Below, in pieces: positions 41,672 to 51,773 of a stretch of DNA of 64,000 bases (position 1 is the first letter of the stretch; every line of letters begins with the position of its first letter). Origin of the DNA: an uncultured Collinsella sp. (GTDB lineage: Bacteria > Actinomycetota > Coriobacteriia > Coriobacteriales > Coriobacteriaceae). Both the position numbers and the translations under genes were made by a program. Below the pieces are notes generated by a model that saw nothing but the letters and a program-made list of their open reading frames with translations, searched no databases and was not told the origin of the DNA. Where the stretch lies: positions 1,692 to 65,691 of the forward strand of contig CABRIC010000006.1 of NCBI GenBank assembly GCA_902470905.1, in the 5' to 3' direction.

Positions 41672-43636
41672 TTAGTACATCTTTGCGCCGGCGGGGATGG
41701 AAGCGTCGAGCTGGATCAGGTTGAGACGCTCCTCACCATCCTCCTCGTGGATAGCGCTGATGAGCATGCCGCAGCTGGGAATGCCCATCATCTTGCGCGG
41801 AGGCAGGTTGGTGATGGCGAGCAAGGTCTTGCCAACCAGGTCCTCGGGCTCGTAATAAGCGTGAATACCGGAGAGGATGGTGCGGTCGGTGCCGGTGCCG
41901 TCGTCGAGCGTAAAGTTCAGCAGCTTCTTGGACTTCTTGACGGCCTCGCATGCCTTGACCTTCACAGCGCGGAAGTCGCTCTTGGAGAAGGTATCAAAGT
42001 CGACGAACTCCTCAAACAGCGGCTCAACGGCGATCTTGGAGTAATCGAGCGTGGGCTTAAGCGACTTAACGAACGGGCTCGCGGCGTTGCCGGCCTCGGC
42101 AGCCTTGGCGGCAGCGGCACCGGACTGGAAACCCTTCTCGGGCTTCATGTGCGGGAACAGCAGCACGTCGCGGATAGAAGCCTGGTTGGTGAGCAGCATG
42201 ACCACGCGGTCGATACCAATGCCAATGCCGCCCGCGGGAGGCATACCGTACTCGAGGGCGCGCACGTAGTCCTCGTCGTACTCCATGGCCTCGTCGTCAC
42301 CGCCGGCCTTCTCGGCCATCTGGGCGGCAAAGCGCTCGGCCTGGTCGACCGGGTCGTTGAGCTCGGAGAACGCGTTGGCGTACTCGTGACCGGCAATAAC
42401 CAGCTCAAAGCGGTGCGTCAGGCGCGGGTCGTCCTCAAAACGCTTGGCAAGCGGGCTGACCTCGATGGGGTAATCGCACACGAACGTCGGGTTGACGATG
42501 GTGTCCTCGCCCAGCTCATCGTAAATCTCGGCGATGATCTTGCCAGCAGTCCACTCGGGCTTGATCTCCAGGCCCTTCTCGCGCGCGGCGGCAGCAAGCT
42601 CCTCGACTGGCGTGTCAATGGTGACCTGCTTGCCGAGCACGTCGGAGACGATGTCGGTCATGGGACGGCTGGCCCACTCACCAGAAAGGTCGATGGTCTG
42701 GCCCTGGTACTCGATGACCTCGGGGTTGCCGATGGCCTTGTTGGCAGCCTTGATGACACCCTGGGCGAGTGCCTTCATGCCCTCGAGGTCGGAGAAGGCA
42801 CGGTAGGCCTCCATCGTGGTGAACTCGGGGTTGTGGGTAAGGTCCATGCCCTCGTTACGGAAGATGCGGCCGATCTCGAACACGCGCTCAAAACCACCGA
42901 CAATGCAGCGCTTGAGGTGCAGCTCGGTGGCAATACGCAGGTAGCACTCCTGATCGAGCGCGTTGAAGTGGGTAATGAACGGCTTGGCAGTAGCGCCGCC
43001 CTGGATGGTCTGCAGGATGGGGGTCTCGACCTCCATGTAGCCGTCGGACTCCATAAAGCGACGGAAGGTGGAGAGAATCTGCGAACGCTTACGGAAGGTC
43101 TCGCGAACGTCGTCGTTGGCGATCAGGTCGACATAGCGCTGGCGATAGCGGGTCTCCTTGTCGGAAAGACCGTGGAACTTCTCGGGCAGCGGACGAACGG
43201 CCTTGGCAAGCAGGGTCGCGCTCTTAGGAGCAACGGAAAGCTGGCCGCGCTGGGTGCGCACGACCACGCCGGTCACGCCCAGGATGTCGCCCAGGTCGAG
43301 GGCCTTGAGCGTATTCCAGGCAGCCTCGTCCATGTCGTTGATGCGGCAGAACAGTTGAATCTCGGCAGTCGCATCGCGCACGACGATGAACATGATCTTG
43401 CCCTGACCGCGCTTGGCGACCACACGGCCGGCGATCTTCACGACATCCTCGGTGTCCTCACCATCGGCAAGATCGGCGTACTTAGTCTCGATATCGGCGA
43501 CGTAGTCCTCAAGCTCAGAGTGCTCGGGATAGGGGTTCTGGCCCGCCTCGAACAGGGCGGCGCGCTTGGCCAGGCGGGTGGCGCGCTCGTCGTTGAGCGT
43601 CGATGCCTGATCGGCGGCGTTCTGGTTCTCTGCCAT
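41672..43636 (-). CDS. lysS: Lysine--tRNA ligase (class II) with C-terminal Trbp111/EMAPII-like tRNA-binding domain
   Basis: LysRS core: OB fold (VKIAGRVVAKRGQGKIMFIVVRD) and class II motifs (FRNEGMDLTHNPEFT; GGIGIGIDRVVMLL). An extra ~130 aa follows (FRAVKVKACEAVKKSKKLLNFTLDDG...NLPPRKMMGIPSCGMLISA), typical of the MetRS-C/CsaA tRNA-binding OB domain. Confidence 0.88.
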   Translation of the reverse strand: MAENQNAADQASTLNDERATRLAKRAALFEAGQNPYPEHSELEDYVADIETKYADLADGEDTEDVVKIAGRVVAKRGQGKIMFIVVRDATAEIQLFCRINDMDEAAWNTLKALDLGDILGVTGVVVRTQRGQLSVAPKSATLLAKAVRPLPEKFHGLSDKETRYRQRYVDLIANDDVRETFRKRSQILSTFRRFMESDGYMEVETPILQTIQGGATAKPFITHFNALDQECYLRIATELHLKRCIVGGFERVFEIGRIFRNEGMDLTHNPEFTTMEAYRAFSDLEGMKALAQGVIKAANKAIGNPEVIEYQGQTIDLSGEWASRPMTDIVSDVLGKQVTIDTPVEELAAAAREKGLEIKPEWTAGKIIAEIYDELGEDTIVNPTFVCDYPIEVSPLAKRFEDDPRLTHRFELVIAGHEYANAFSELNDPVDQAERFAAQMAEKAGGDDEAMEYDEDYVRALEYGMPPAGGIGIGIDRVVMLLTNQASIRDVLLFPHMKPEKGFQSGAAAAKAAEAGNAASPFVKSLKPTLDYSKIAVEPLFEEFVDFDTFSKSDFRAVKVKACEAVKKSKKLLNFTLDDGTGTDRTILSGIHAYYEPEDLVGKTLLAITNLPPRKMMGIPSCGMLISAIHEEDGEERLNLIQLDASIPAGAKMY

Positions 43637-43715
43637 AAGTTAGCTCCTCAAACTAAAACGCTCCCCAGGATTCGGTCCCAGGGAGCGAAAACATACCTTT
43701 ACGCGGGACCGTGGT

Positions 43716-44186
43716 CTAGCGTGCGATCTTGGCGATGGTGTAGACGCGAGTCTTGCCGGAAGGCGTAACGACCTCGACGGAGTCGCCCTCGCCGTGACCG
43801 ATGATGGCGTGACCGACCGGAGACTCGTTGGAAATCTTGTGCTCGAGCGAGTTGGTCTCGGTGGTACCGACGAGCGTGACTTCCATGACCTCGCCGTTGG
43901 GATCAATCAGCGAAACGGTGGAACCGATGGAGACGGTCAGATCGCCCGTAGTGGCAGCAACCTGAGCGTTGGCAAGAATGGCCTGGATCTCGGCGATACG
44001 AGCAGCATTCTGGGCCTGCTTGTCCTTGGCGGCATCGTACTCGGAGTTCTCCGAAAGGTCGCCGAACGCGCGGGCTTCCTTGATGTCCTCGACGATCTCC
44101 TTGGCGTAATCGCCCTCACGCCAGGCGAGCTCCTCGACGAGCTTCTGGCGGCCCTCAGCGGTCAGTACGATCTGGCTTGCGTCCAT
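43716..44186 (-). CDS. greA: Transcription elongation factor GreA
   Basis: ATG 44186 (MDASQIVLTAEGRQKLVEEL...). Motifs ARAFGDLSENSEYDAAK and SNESPVGHAIIGH. 156 aa. Confidence 0.92.
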   Translation of the reverse strand: MDASQIVLTAEGRQKLVEELAWREGDYAKEIVEDIKEARAFGDLSENSEYDAAKDKQAQNAARIAEIQAILANAQVAATTGDLTVSIGSTVSLIDPNGEVMEVTLVGTTETNSLEHKISNESPVGHAIIGHGEGDSVEVVTPSGKTRVYTIAKIAR

Positions 44187-44232
44187 ACGGATATCTCCCC
44201 AACTCTGATCAAACAATCAACTGTCAACAAAA

Positions 44233-44268
44233 CGAAAAAGACCGGCTAGCCTGCGGGCAAGCCGGTCA
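44233..44268 (-). terminator. Terminator after tatA
   Basis: Minus strand GACCGGCT-tgcccgcaggct-AGCCGGTC followed by TTTTTCGTTTT. Confidence 0.7.
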
Positions 44269-44292
44269 GGTGCTCACCCCAAAGGGATGGGA

Positions 44293-44568
44293 CTACTCTG
44301 CGTCCGCGTCGCTGTCCTCTGCCTGCTTCTTCTTGGCAGCAGCGAGCTTGGCCTCGAGCTCAGCGATCTCCTTGTCCTCCTCGGACTGCTCGACCACGAC
44401 CTCCTCGGCCTGCTTGGTCTCGGCCTTATCGTCGCCCTCCATACCCTCACGGATATTCTTGACGGTAGAGCCGAGAGACTTGCCGAGCTTCGGCAGGTTC
44501 TTGGGCCCGAAGATAATCAGGACAACGACGAGAATAATGATGAGCTCAGGAGCCCTCAGTCCAAACAT
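44293..44568 (-). CDS. tatA: Twin-arginine translocase subunit TatA/E
   Basis: ATG 44568 after GGAGGT. MFGLRAPELIIILVVVLIIFGPKNLPKLGKSLG is the canonical TatA TM + amphipathic helix. The upstream part of the 152-aa track ORF overlaps tRNA-Pro and was discarded. Confidence 0.88.
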   Translation of the reverse strand: MFGLRAPELIIILVVVLIIFGPKNLPKLGKSLGSTVKNIREGMEGDDKAETKQAEEVVVEQSEEDKEIAELEAKLAAAKKKQAEDSDADAE

Positions 44569-44641
44569 GTAGACCTCCACAATACAGCGAGACAAGCTCG
44601 AATGAGTATACCGCGGGTATCGCGGTATCACAACACTAGCT

Positions 44642-44670
44642 AAAAAAAGGGACCGCAAGAAGCGGTCCCT
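44642..44670 (-). terminator. Terminator after tRNA-Pro
   Basis: Minus strand AGGGACCGC-ttcttg-CGGTCCCT followed by TTTTTTT. Confidence 0.75.
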
Positions 44671-44680
44671 CCTCATGCTC

Positions 44681-44757
44681 TGGTCGGGTTGACTGGATTT
44701 GAACCAGCGACCCCTGCGTCCCGAACGCAGTGCTCTACCAAACTGAGCCACAACCCG
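44681..44757 (-). tRNA. tRNA-Pro (anticodon CGG)
   Basis: CGGGTTGTGGCTCAGTTTGGTAGAGCACTGCGTTCGGGACGCAG...TTCAAATCC...CAACCCGACCA. Anticodon loop is TTCGGGA. Confidence 0.9.
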
Positions 44758-44806
44758 TTAGCTCGACTATAGTAACAAAGATTTTCGCCGCGTGCTAGAG
44801 AAATTT

Positions 44807-45703
44807 TTATTTCTTTGGCGCGTCGATTTGAACCGTGTTGGGAATAAGCTCAGTCGCGCAGGCCCACCAGCCACTTTGCTGGGCAGCATCGGCAAGCCTT
44901 TCGGCCGTGGCAGCGGTGTCGCAAATGGCAAACGAGCAGGCACCCGATCCGCACACATCTACAGCAACGGTTCCGTCCTGTTTACGCAGCCAGTCGAGGA
45001 CCGTTTGAATCTGCGACTCCATCTGTGCGGAAATGACACCAAGGTTGTTATGGATGAGCGCATATGCCGTCTCGGCATCACCAGCACGCAAGGCAGAAGC
45101 TATCGCGCCGGGCTTGTCCGCAGGCACCGGGGCCTCGTCAAAACGTCGATAGGCTTCAATTGTCGAAACGCTTGCCTCGCGCGGCTTGACCAGCACGACG
45201 GGCGTCGCGGGCAGCGCGGGGTACTCAGTTGCCAGCACGTCTCCCCCACCTACGTAAAACGCAGGGCTCGCGTGCAAAAAGAACGGGACGTCGGCACCAA
45301 TGCCCCGCGCAATGTCATCGAGCGCGGGGTCGGTGTGATCAATGCCCCAGAGCTCCGCCAAGGCGACAATGACCGCAGCCGCATCCGTCGAGGGGCCGCC
45401 CAAGCCGGCGCACAATGGGATGCGCTTCTCAATCGTCACGCAGATGTTTGCCTCGCGACCATAATGCTCGGCCATAGCAACCGCAGCCCGATACGCCGTA
45501 TTCTTTTGCATGGGAAAATCTGATGCTGGAACCGTCTGGACGGTCAGCACCTGCGCCGGCGTGACCGTCACGGTATCGGAAAGACCGACGGTCGCCATCA
45601 GGGAATCGACCCTGTGGTAGCCGCGGTCATCGCGCTCGGTATGAACCCCCAGGTAGAGGTTAATCTTTGCCGGCGCGGAAAGAGTCAGGGACCGATCGGT
45701 CAC
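44807..45703 (-). CDS. ispE: 4-diphosphocytidyl-2-C-methyl-D-erythritol kinase
   Basis: APAKINLYLGV..., GHMP-kinase motif IPLCAGLGGPSTDAAA, 298 aa. Confidence 0.9.
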   Translation of the reverse strand: MTDRSLTLSAPAKINLYLGVHTERDDRGYHRVDSLMATVGLSDTVTVTPAQVLTVQTVPASDFPMQKNTAYRAAVAMAEHYGREANICVTIEKRIPLCAGLGGPSTDAAAVIVALAELWGIDHTDPALDDIARGIGADVPFFLHASPAFYVGGGDVLATEYPALPATPVVLVKPREASVSTIEAYRRFDEAPVPADKPGAIASALRAGDAETAYALIHNNLGVISAQMESQIQTVLDWLRKQDGTVAVDVCGSGACSFAICDTAATAERLADAAQQSGWWACATELIPNTVQIDAPKK

Positions 45704-45705
45704 CG

Positions 45706-46002
45706 TTAATGCTCCTCGAGCTGATTGCCGAGCGGGGTAAAGATGTGCTCGCCGCTCTCGGGGTCGAACAGCTCGACCTGGCCGGTAAGGACATCGATAT
45801 ACTGGTAGGACTGGCGCGACTTGCGGCCACGGCGCTCGTCAACCTCGACGATAAAGACGGCGGGGTGAACACTCTTGATGGTGCCCATGCGCTCGACGAC
45901 GCGGGTGCGGCCCATGTTGGCCTTCACCTTGACGCGATCGCCCACCATATCGGTCAGCTTCTCGTGGATGTCGTCGACGTGATTGACTTCCATCTCTTCC
46001 AT
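45706..46002 (-). CDS. veg: Veg family protein (DUF1021)
   Basis: GDRVKVKANMGRTRVVERMGTIKSVHPAVFIVEVDE...SYQYIDVLTGQVEL aligns with my recollection of B. subtilis Veg. ATG 46002 lies 8 nt after GGAGG. Confidence 0.75.
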   Translation of the reverse strand: MEEMEVNHVDDIHEKLTDMVGDRVKVKANMGRTRVVERMGTIKSVHPAVFIVEVDERRGRKSRQSYQYIDVLTGQVELFDPESGEHIFTPLGNQLEEH

Positions 46003-46069
46003 GAACAGGGCCTCCAGAAGGTGCAATTCAAAAAGGGGATAATACCCCTAAGATAGACAAAACTCTAAT

Positions 46070-46099
46070 ATTATAGCACCCTGCTGCCGCCATACGCAA
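46070..46099 (-). promoter_or_regulatory. Near-consensus extended -10 promoter upstream of veg
   Basis: Minus strand TTGCGT (46099-46094), 18 nt, TGcTATAAT (46078-46070). A short AGGGG/CCCCT hairpin lies in the 5' UTR. Confidence 0.6.
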
Positions 46100-46132
46100 G
46101 TAACTAAATAAGCCCCGTCCCAAATTGACTAT

Positions 46133-46579
46133 TTACAGATTGTCTGTGTCAAGAACGATGGTGAAGGGGCCGTCGTTGACGAGGCTGACCTTCATGTCGG
46201 CGCCGAAGATGCCGTGCGCCACATGCTCGACGTCTTCGCGCACCAGCGTCAGGAAGTACTCATAGAGCTCGTTGGCCACATCGGGCGCGCCGGCATCCGT
46301 AAAGGACGGACGGCGACCATGACGGCAATCGGCAAACAGCGTGAACTGCGACACCACGAGCACCTCACCGTCGACATCGGCAAGCGCCAGATTGGTCTTG
46401 CTGTTCTCGTCCTCGTTAATGCGCAAGCCCCTGAGCTTGCCCCACAGCTTATCGGCCTCGGCGCGTGTATCGCCATGGCCCACGCCCAGCAGCACCAGGT
46501 AACCGCGGCCAATCTTTCCCACGCACTCGCCGTCGACCGTCACACCGGCATTGAGCACGCGCTGCACCACCGCACGCAC
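46133..46579 (-). CDS. dtd: D-aminoacyl-tRNA deacylase
   Basis: MRAVVQRV...[13 protein letters not shown]...SQFTLFAD...GRRPSF. 148 aa. Confidence 0.92.
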   Translation of the reverse strand: MRAVVQRVLNAGVTVDGECVGKIGRGYLVLLGVGHGDTRAEADKLWGKLRGLRINEDENSKTNLALADVDGEVLVVSQFTLFADCRHGRRPSFTDAGAPDVANELYEYFLTLVREDVEHVAHGIFGADMKVSLVNDGPFTIVLDTDNL

Positions 46580-46582
46580 GGC

Positions 46583-47224
46583 CTACTCCTCGCCCGTCAG
46601 CTTGGCGGACAGATGCTCGAGCGCGTGGAAACGATGGCTGATGGCGTTCTTCTCGTCAGCCGTCAGCTCGGCCATGGTCTTGCCCGGCGTGTCGACCGGC
46701 AGGAACAGCGGGTCATAGCCAAAACCATGGTCGCCGCGGCCCTCGTGCGCGATAACGCCCTCGCAGGCGCCCTCGCCATAGGTAACCAGACCGTCCGTGT
46801 CGATGAGCGCGACGACGCTCATAAAGCGCGCGGTGCGGTCCTCATCTGCCACGCCTTCCAGGTTAACGAGAAGCTTGGCGTTGTTGGCGGCATCGTCGCC
46901 GTGCACGCCCGCATAGCGCGCGCTATACACACCGGGCTCACCGTCCAGCGCGTCGACGACCAAGCCCGAATCGTCGGCAATGGCCATAAGGCCCGTCTCC
47001 TCAACCGCGGCTTGGGCCTTGATGATGGCGTTCTCCAAAAACGTCGTGCCGTTTTCCTCGGGATCCTCAAAATCACCCAGCTGGCCGAGCGCCACAAAGC
47101 GCACCTCGGGCATGACCTTGCCCAAAATGGCCTCGATCTCGGTGAGCTTATGGGCGTTGCCCGTTGCCACGACGATGGTCGCCGCCGGGTCGAGGGTGTC
47201 GATGTCAATCTTCTCAAGTGCCAT
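46583..47224 (-). CDS. rdgB: Non-canonical purine NTP (dITP/XTP) pyrophosphatase
   Basis: VVATGNAHKLTEI, FLENAIIKA, DDSGLVVDALDGEPGVYSARY, FGYDPLF. Confidence 0.9.
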   Translation of the reverse strand: MALEKIDIDTLDPAATIVVATGNAHKLTEIEAILGKVMPEVRFVALGQLGDFEDPEENGTTFLENAIIKAQAAVEETGLMAIADDSGLVVDALDGEPGVYSARYAGVHGDDAANNAKLLVNLEGVADEDRTARFMSVVALIDTDGLVTYGEGACEGVIAHEGRGDHGFGYDPLFLPVDTPGKTMAELTADEKNAISHRFHALEHLSAKLTGEE

Positions 47225-47329
47225 GACTGGCCTCCTTGTCTCTATAGCAAGCCGCGTGAGGGGCGTTTGGGCACTTGACCTCTCCCCTCTCAGGCGATCG
47301 GACCTTTCAACGCAGCATTTCAGCAGATG

Positions 47330-47367
47330 AAACCTACCAAAATAAACCTGTCCCTTTTTGGCAGGTT
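47330..47367. repeat. Terminator hairpin; exact inverted copy of 7927-7964
   Basis: AAACCTACCAAAATAAACCTGTCCCTTTTTGGCAGGTT abuts and overlaps the rph stop codon. Confidence 0.85.
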
Positions 47368-48091
47368 AGGCGAGGGCTTGGCGCTGAAGCTCGATGAGCT
47401 CGGCGATACCCTTGTCGCCCAGGTCGAGCAGGGCGTTGAGGCGTTTGCGGTCGAAGGGCGCCTGCTCGCCGGTGCCCTGGAGCTCGATCATCTCACCGGT
47501 ATCGGTGGCGACGAGGTTCATGTCGACCTCGGCATGACTGTCCTCGGAATAATCGAGGTCAAGCAGCGTATTGCCGTCGACAACGCCCATGGAGATGGCA
47601 GCCACCTGGCCGGTAAGCGGGATGCGCTCGATCTTGCCCGCCTCGACCCACATGGCAAGGGCGTCGTGCAGCGCCACCCAGGCGCCGGTGATGCTCGCTG
47701 TACGCGTGCCGCCATCGGCCTGAATCACATCGCAGTCGACGGTGACGGTGTACTCGCCGAGCGCCTTCATGTTGACGACGGTACGCAGGCTGCGGCCAAT
47801 GAGGCGCTCGATCTCCATGGAGCGACCCTTGCGGTTGGCGTGCTCGCGCTTGCAGCGCTTGCCGGTCGACGCCGGCAGCATGGCGTATTCCGCGGTCACC
47901 CAGCCGGCCTTGGCGCCCTTTCGCCAGCCCGGCACGCCCTCCTCGATAGTGGCGGCGCACAGCACGCACGTGTCGCCGAACTCGGCCAAACACGAGCCGT
48001 GGGCGTGCTTCATGACACCACGGGTGAGCTTGACGGGGCGCAGCTCATTGGCGGCACGGCCGTTGGCGCGGTTGACCTGCATGTACTCCAT
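47366..48091 (-). CDS. rph: Ribonuclease PH
   Basis: [15 protein letters not shown]...[10 protein letters not shown]..., [19 protein letters not shown]. 241 aa. Confidence 0.93.
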   Translation of the reverse strand: MEYMQVNRANGRAANELRPVKLTRGVMKHAHGSCLAEFGDTCVLCAATIEEGVPGWRKGAKAGWVTAEYAMLPASTGKRCKREHANRKGRSMEIERLIGRSLRTVVNMKALGEYTVTVDCDVIQADGGTRTASITGAWVALHDALAMWVEAGKIERIPLTGQVAAISMGVVDGNTLLDLDYSEDSHAEVDMNLVATDTGEMIELQGTGEQAPFDRKRLNALLDLGDKGIAELIELQRQALA

Positions 48092-48144
48092 AGAAATATC
48101 CTTTCGGCAAAAGATGTGGCGAAGCCTTTGGGGCTGCCTTACAT

Positions 48145-49029
48145 CTATTTCAGTTCGTCGATATCGATATGTTCGATGCTCTTAAGCGGCTGACCAAAGA
48201 TAAAGCTGCCCGCCACCGCAAACTCGGCAATGTTATCGGCCGTCGTGGCAAAACGATGCTGCGGCTCGGCGGCGTCGCCCGCCAGCTGCTCGCGGCGCGT
48301 GAGGATATCGGTCAGCTCGCGTGTGGTCTCCTCGGCGGAACTCACGACGCGCACCCCAGGCCCCAGCGCATGGCGGATAGGTCCCACCAACAGCGGAAAA
48401 TGCGTACAGCCGAGCACCACGGTATCGATACCGTGGTCGCGCAGCGGCTCAACCGTGGCACCCACCAGCGCACGCACAGCAGGCGTATCGAAGATGTCCT
48501 CGTTCTCAAGCCACTGTTCCTGCAGATGTGCACCCGAGGCGAGCTCGTGTTCGACAACCTCGACAAAGCTCGAGGCAGGACAGCCGTATACATCGACGCC
48601 GGCATCTAGATCCTGAATGGCGCGCGTGTAGGCGCCCGAGCGAATGGTGAGGTTGGTGGCGAGCACGCCCACACGACGCGAGCGGGTGCTGTTGATTGCC
48701 GCACGGGCACCCGGCGCGATCACGCCGATCACGGGAACGTCGAGCACCTGCTGGGCCAGACGCAAGGCCGCAGCGGTCGCCGTGTTGCAGGCGATGACCA
48801 TAATCTTAACGTCGTGCTTCGAAAGCCAACGACCCGCCTGCAACGCAAACGAGCGCACCTCATCCTCGGTGCGCGTGCCGTAGGGGCAGCGCTTGGTGTC
48901 GCCAAAGTAGTAGACGGACTCGTGCGGCAGCGCCGTCGCGATGGCGCGCGCAACCGTCAGACCGCCCAAACCAGAATCGAACACGCCAATCGGACGCGTG
49001 TCGCCTGCCGGATTCTCGATATCGGACAT
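48145..49029 (-). CDS. murI: Glutamate racemase
   Basis: [31 protein letters not shown] catalytic Cys motifs. Confidence 0.92.
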   Translation of the reverse strand: MSDIENPAGDTRPIGVFDSGLGGLTVARAIATALPHESVYYFGDTKRCPYGTRTEDEVRSFALQAGRWLSKHDVKIMVIACNTATAAALRLAQQVLDVPVIGVIAPGARAAINSTRSRRVGVLATNLTIRSGAYTRAIQDLDAGVDVYGCPASSFVEVVEHELASGAHLQEQWLENEDIFDTPAVRALVGATVEPLRDHGIDTVVLGCTHFPLLVGPIRHALGPGVRVVSSAEETTRELTDILTRREQLAGDAAEPQHRFATTADNIAEFAVAGSFIFGQPLKSIEHIDIDELK

Positions 49030-49080
49030 TACCTCACCAGTCTCTCTCGAAAAGACATGTCCAAGTGCGGCGACGCCGCG

Positions 49081-49992
49081 CTACGAACGCGCCGCGACCA
49101 GCAGCTCTGCCGTCGCCGCCCAACCGTCGACAATTTTGCCACGCGTAACGAAAGCGTTCTCGCAAGCAGCCAGGAACTCGGGCGCGCCGGCGCTCGTCAG
49201 GCCATTCTCGACCAGGCAGAACGTGCCCACGTGATCGGCCATGTAGAAGTCGGACTCGGAATCGCCGAGCGCCAACGTCTCCTCGCGCTCGATCCCCAGG
49301 TGCTCGCAGAAGCGCGCAATGGCGACGCCTTTGTTGAGGCCCGCGGGGTTGATGTTGAATGCGCGACCGTCCTCGACGCGATCGAGCTCGAGCGTCGTCG
49401 GCTTGGACAGGTGAGTCAGATGGCCGTTGCAAGCCCAGATCAGACCGCAGCCGGCCTCGTCCAGGATGGCCTGGACCTCATCGTCGGGCACATCGCCGCG
49501 CATGCCGACGGTGACCTCACGGTATTTGTAGCCGGTCGACATGTCATTGTGGTACTCGATCTTGTGCGGCCAGCGGGCAAGGATCTTCTCGCACACGCCG
49601 GTCTGCTCGATCACCTGGTGCGGAGTAAGGCCGCAGGTGGGGTCGTAAGGCATGTCGCCAGTCAGATACTCCCAATCGTTGGCCTTGAGGTCGTACATAA
49701 CCAGGCCGCCCATCTCACCAATGTAGGAGTTGAGGCCGAGCACGCGCGCGTCCTCGTGGATCATGGTACGGTTGCGGCCCGAGGTGGGAACCACCTGAAT
49801 GCCAGCGCGAGCGAGCGCCACGACGGCCTCGACGAGTTTGGTCGAGGGGTTGCCGTCGTTGTCGCGCAGCACGCACGAGCCGGGTGCGAGCATCGTGGCA
49901 TCCAGGTCGGTAAAGACGTACTTGACCTTGGCCAAGCGCTCGCGCATCTCGCCCGAAAGCTCGGCAACGGTCGGCAGGGTATTGTGGGACAT
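49081..49992 (-). CDS. HAD-superfamily hydrolase (Cof/IIB-like)
   Basis: VFTDLDATML (motif I), VPTSGRN (motif II), LGDSESDFYM (motif IV). ATG 49992 after ACGGAG. Substrate unknown. Confidence 0.7.
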   Translation of the reverse strand: MSHNTLPTVAELSGEMRERLAKVKYVFTDLDATMLAPGSCVLRDNDGNPSTKLVEAVVALARAGIQVVPTSGRNRTMIHEDARVLGLNSYIGEMGGLVMYDLKANDWEYLTGDMPYDPTCGLTPHQVIEQTGVCEKILARWPHKIEYHNDMSTGYKYREVTVGMRGDVPDDEVQAILDEAGCGLIWACNGHLTHLSKPTTLELDRVEDGRAFNINPAGLNKGVAIARFCEHLGIEREETLALGDSESDFYMADHVGTFCLVENGLTSAGAPEFLAACENAFVTRGKIVDGWAATAELLVAARS

Positions 49993-50099
49993 GGTTACTC
50001 CGTTTACGTAGAAGGGTTTGGACTTGGACGGCATGTTTTGATTGAGGGAGCACGCTTATGGCAACAGCGCACTCAGGGCGCCGCCGCCATCATAGTTCA

Positions 50100-51662
50100 T
50101 TAGTCAAACTGGGTAACATCGATCAGGCGATTGGCCAACGAAAGGTCGCTCTCGATGGGCACGAACTCGTCACCCACGTGCATGAGCTCCTCGTCACCCT
50201 TTGCCAGCAGCAAGACAATGGTGGGAGCATCGGGGTTGATGTACTCCTCGCGCGCCGCCTTGAACGCCGCATGCACAGCGGCTTCGCGATCGAGGATGAT
50301 CTTGTTCGGCGTATCGTCGGGAACATGTTCGGCAAGCTCGCGACAGACCTTCATCGGGTCCTCGTGAGCCGGGTCCTCATTGGCAAAAATCATCAGGTCG
50401 GAATATGGTGCGGCCTCGCGCGGAAGCTGCTCGCGGCGCTCCTGCGCCTTGCCGCCGGCAGCGCCAAACACTGCGATGACCGGGCTGGCGGGAAACGCGC
50501 GCTTGACCGACGAGAAAAGCGAACGGAACGAAAGCTGGTTGTGCGCATAGTCAACGACGCAGATCACGCGGCCGTCCTTCGACTCCACGACCTCCATACG
50601 GCCCGGCACACGCAGTTTGGAGAGGCCCTTCTTGATAGCCTCGATACCGATGCCGATCTCGCGCGCAGCGGCGATAGCGACCAGCGCGTTTTCCACGTTA
50701 AAGTCGCCCGCGATACCCAGCAGGACCTTCTCCCCCGCCTCGGGCTCGTCGGCACACAGGCCATGCAAGTTGAACTCGATGCTAAAGCCGACCATGCGTA
50801 CGTCGCTCGCCCACAGGCTTGCCTCGGGATGCTCGACGCCAACGGTCACCAAGCGCTCGGCCGTCGACGCTGCTTCCAGCACACGGTCAACCTCTTCGGT
50901 GCCCAGATTCACCACGGCGGTCTTTGCCTGGTCAAAGATCCTGAGCTTGCTCTCAAAATAATCCTCAAACGTGGGGTGTTCAATCGGCGAGATGTGGTCA
51001 CGCCCGATGTTGAGGAAGCACGCCACGTCAAACGGCAGGTTCTCGACGCGTTGGTACTTGAGCGCCTGGCTCGAAACCTCCATGACCATGGACTGGCGAC
51101 CGGACGTGCGGCAGTTGGCGATATGGCGCCAGATCTCGGGGGCCTCGGGCGTAGTATTGGTGCTCTCGTAGCACTCGATGCCATCGTCGGTACTCACCGA
51201 GCCGATCATGCCGCAGGACTCGCCCGCCGCTTTGATAATCGACTGGAGCATAAAAGCGGCCGTGGTCTTTCCCTTGGTGCCGGTGATGCCCACGATCTTG
51301 ACGTCGTGGTCGGGACGGTCGTAGACCTCCGGCGGCAACAGGGCCATGGCCGTGCGAACACTATCAACAACCAGCATCGCAGCACCGCTCTCCTTCGCCA
51401 GCGGCTCCAGAGACTCGACCAGCGACTCCTCGCACACAAATGCGACGGCGCCCGCATCGAGCGCCATGCTCAAAAACGCGGGCTTAAAGGCAGCACCTTT
51501 GCAGAAGAACACGTCACCTGCCGAGACCGCGCGCGAATCAAACGAGCAGCCGGTCACGGCACGCTCGTCAACCTGCTCTGATGCGCGCAGCTCGCCGCAC
51601 ACATCGAGAAGCTTGGCAAGCGTATCGACCGTGGTCACGGTCGCGGAATCCGAATGGTGCAT
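50100..51662 (-). CDS. murE: UDP-N-acetylmuramoyl-L-alanyl-D-glutamate--diamino-acid ligase (MurE)
   Basis: The Mur ligase P-loop is GITGTKGKTT. The region aligning to E. coli TDDNPRTEEP reads ANEDPAHEDP, so EDPA replaces DNPR. 520 aa. Confidence 0.85.
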   Translation of the reverse strand: MHHSDSATVTTVDTLAKLLDVCGELRASEQVDERAVTGCSFDSRAVSAGDVFFCKGAAFKPAFLSMALDAGAVAFVCEESLVESLEPLAKESGAAMLVVDSVRTAMALLPPEVYDRPDHDVKIVGITGTKGKTTAAFMLQSIIKAAGESCGMIGSVSTDDGIECYESTNTTPEAPEIWRHIANCRTSGRQSMVMEVSSQALKYQRVENLPFDVACFLNIGRDHISPIEHPTFEDYFESKLRIFDQAKTAVVNLGTEEVDRVLEAASTAERLVTVGVEHPEASLWASDVRMVGFSIEFNLHGLCADEPEAGEKVLLGIAGDFNVENALVAIAAAREIGIGIEAIKKGLSKLRVPGRMEVVESKDGRVICVVDYAHNQLSFRSLFSSVKRAFPASPVIAVFGAAGGKAQERREQLPREAAPYSDLMIFANEDPAHEDPMKVCRELAEHVPDDTPNKIILDREAAVHAAFKAAREEYINPDAPTIVLLLAKGDEELMHVGDEFVPIESDLSLANRLIDVTQFD

Positions 51663-51723
51663 CTTTCACCTTTCTCAGCCATTTGGCAGGGACGGTTTTA
51701 TAGTAACTGAAACGCACCCACGC

Positions 51724-51748
51724 AAAAACGGCTCCCGGAGGAGCCGTT
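51724..51748 (-). terminator. Terminator after asnB
   Basis: Minus strand AACGGCTCC-tccg-GGAGCCGTT followed by TTTTG. Confidence 0.7.
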
Positions 51749-51773
51749 ACGCGCAGGCGTTCGTAAGCCGAGG

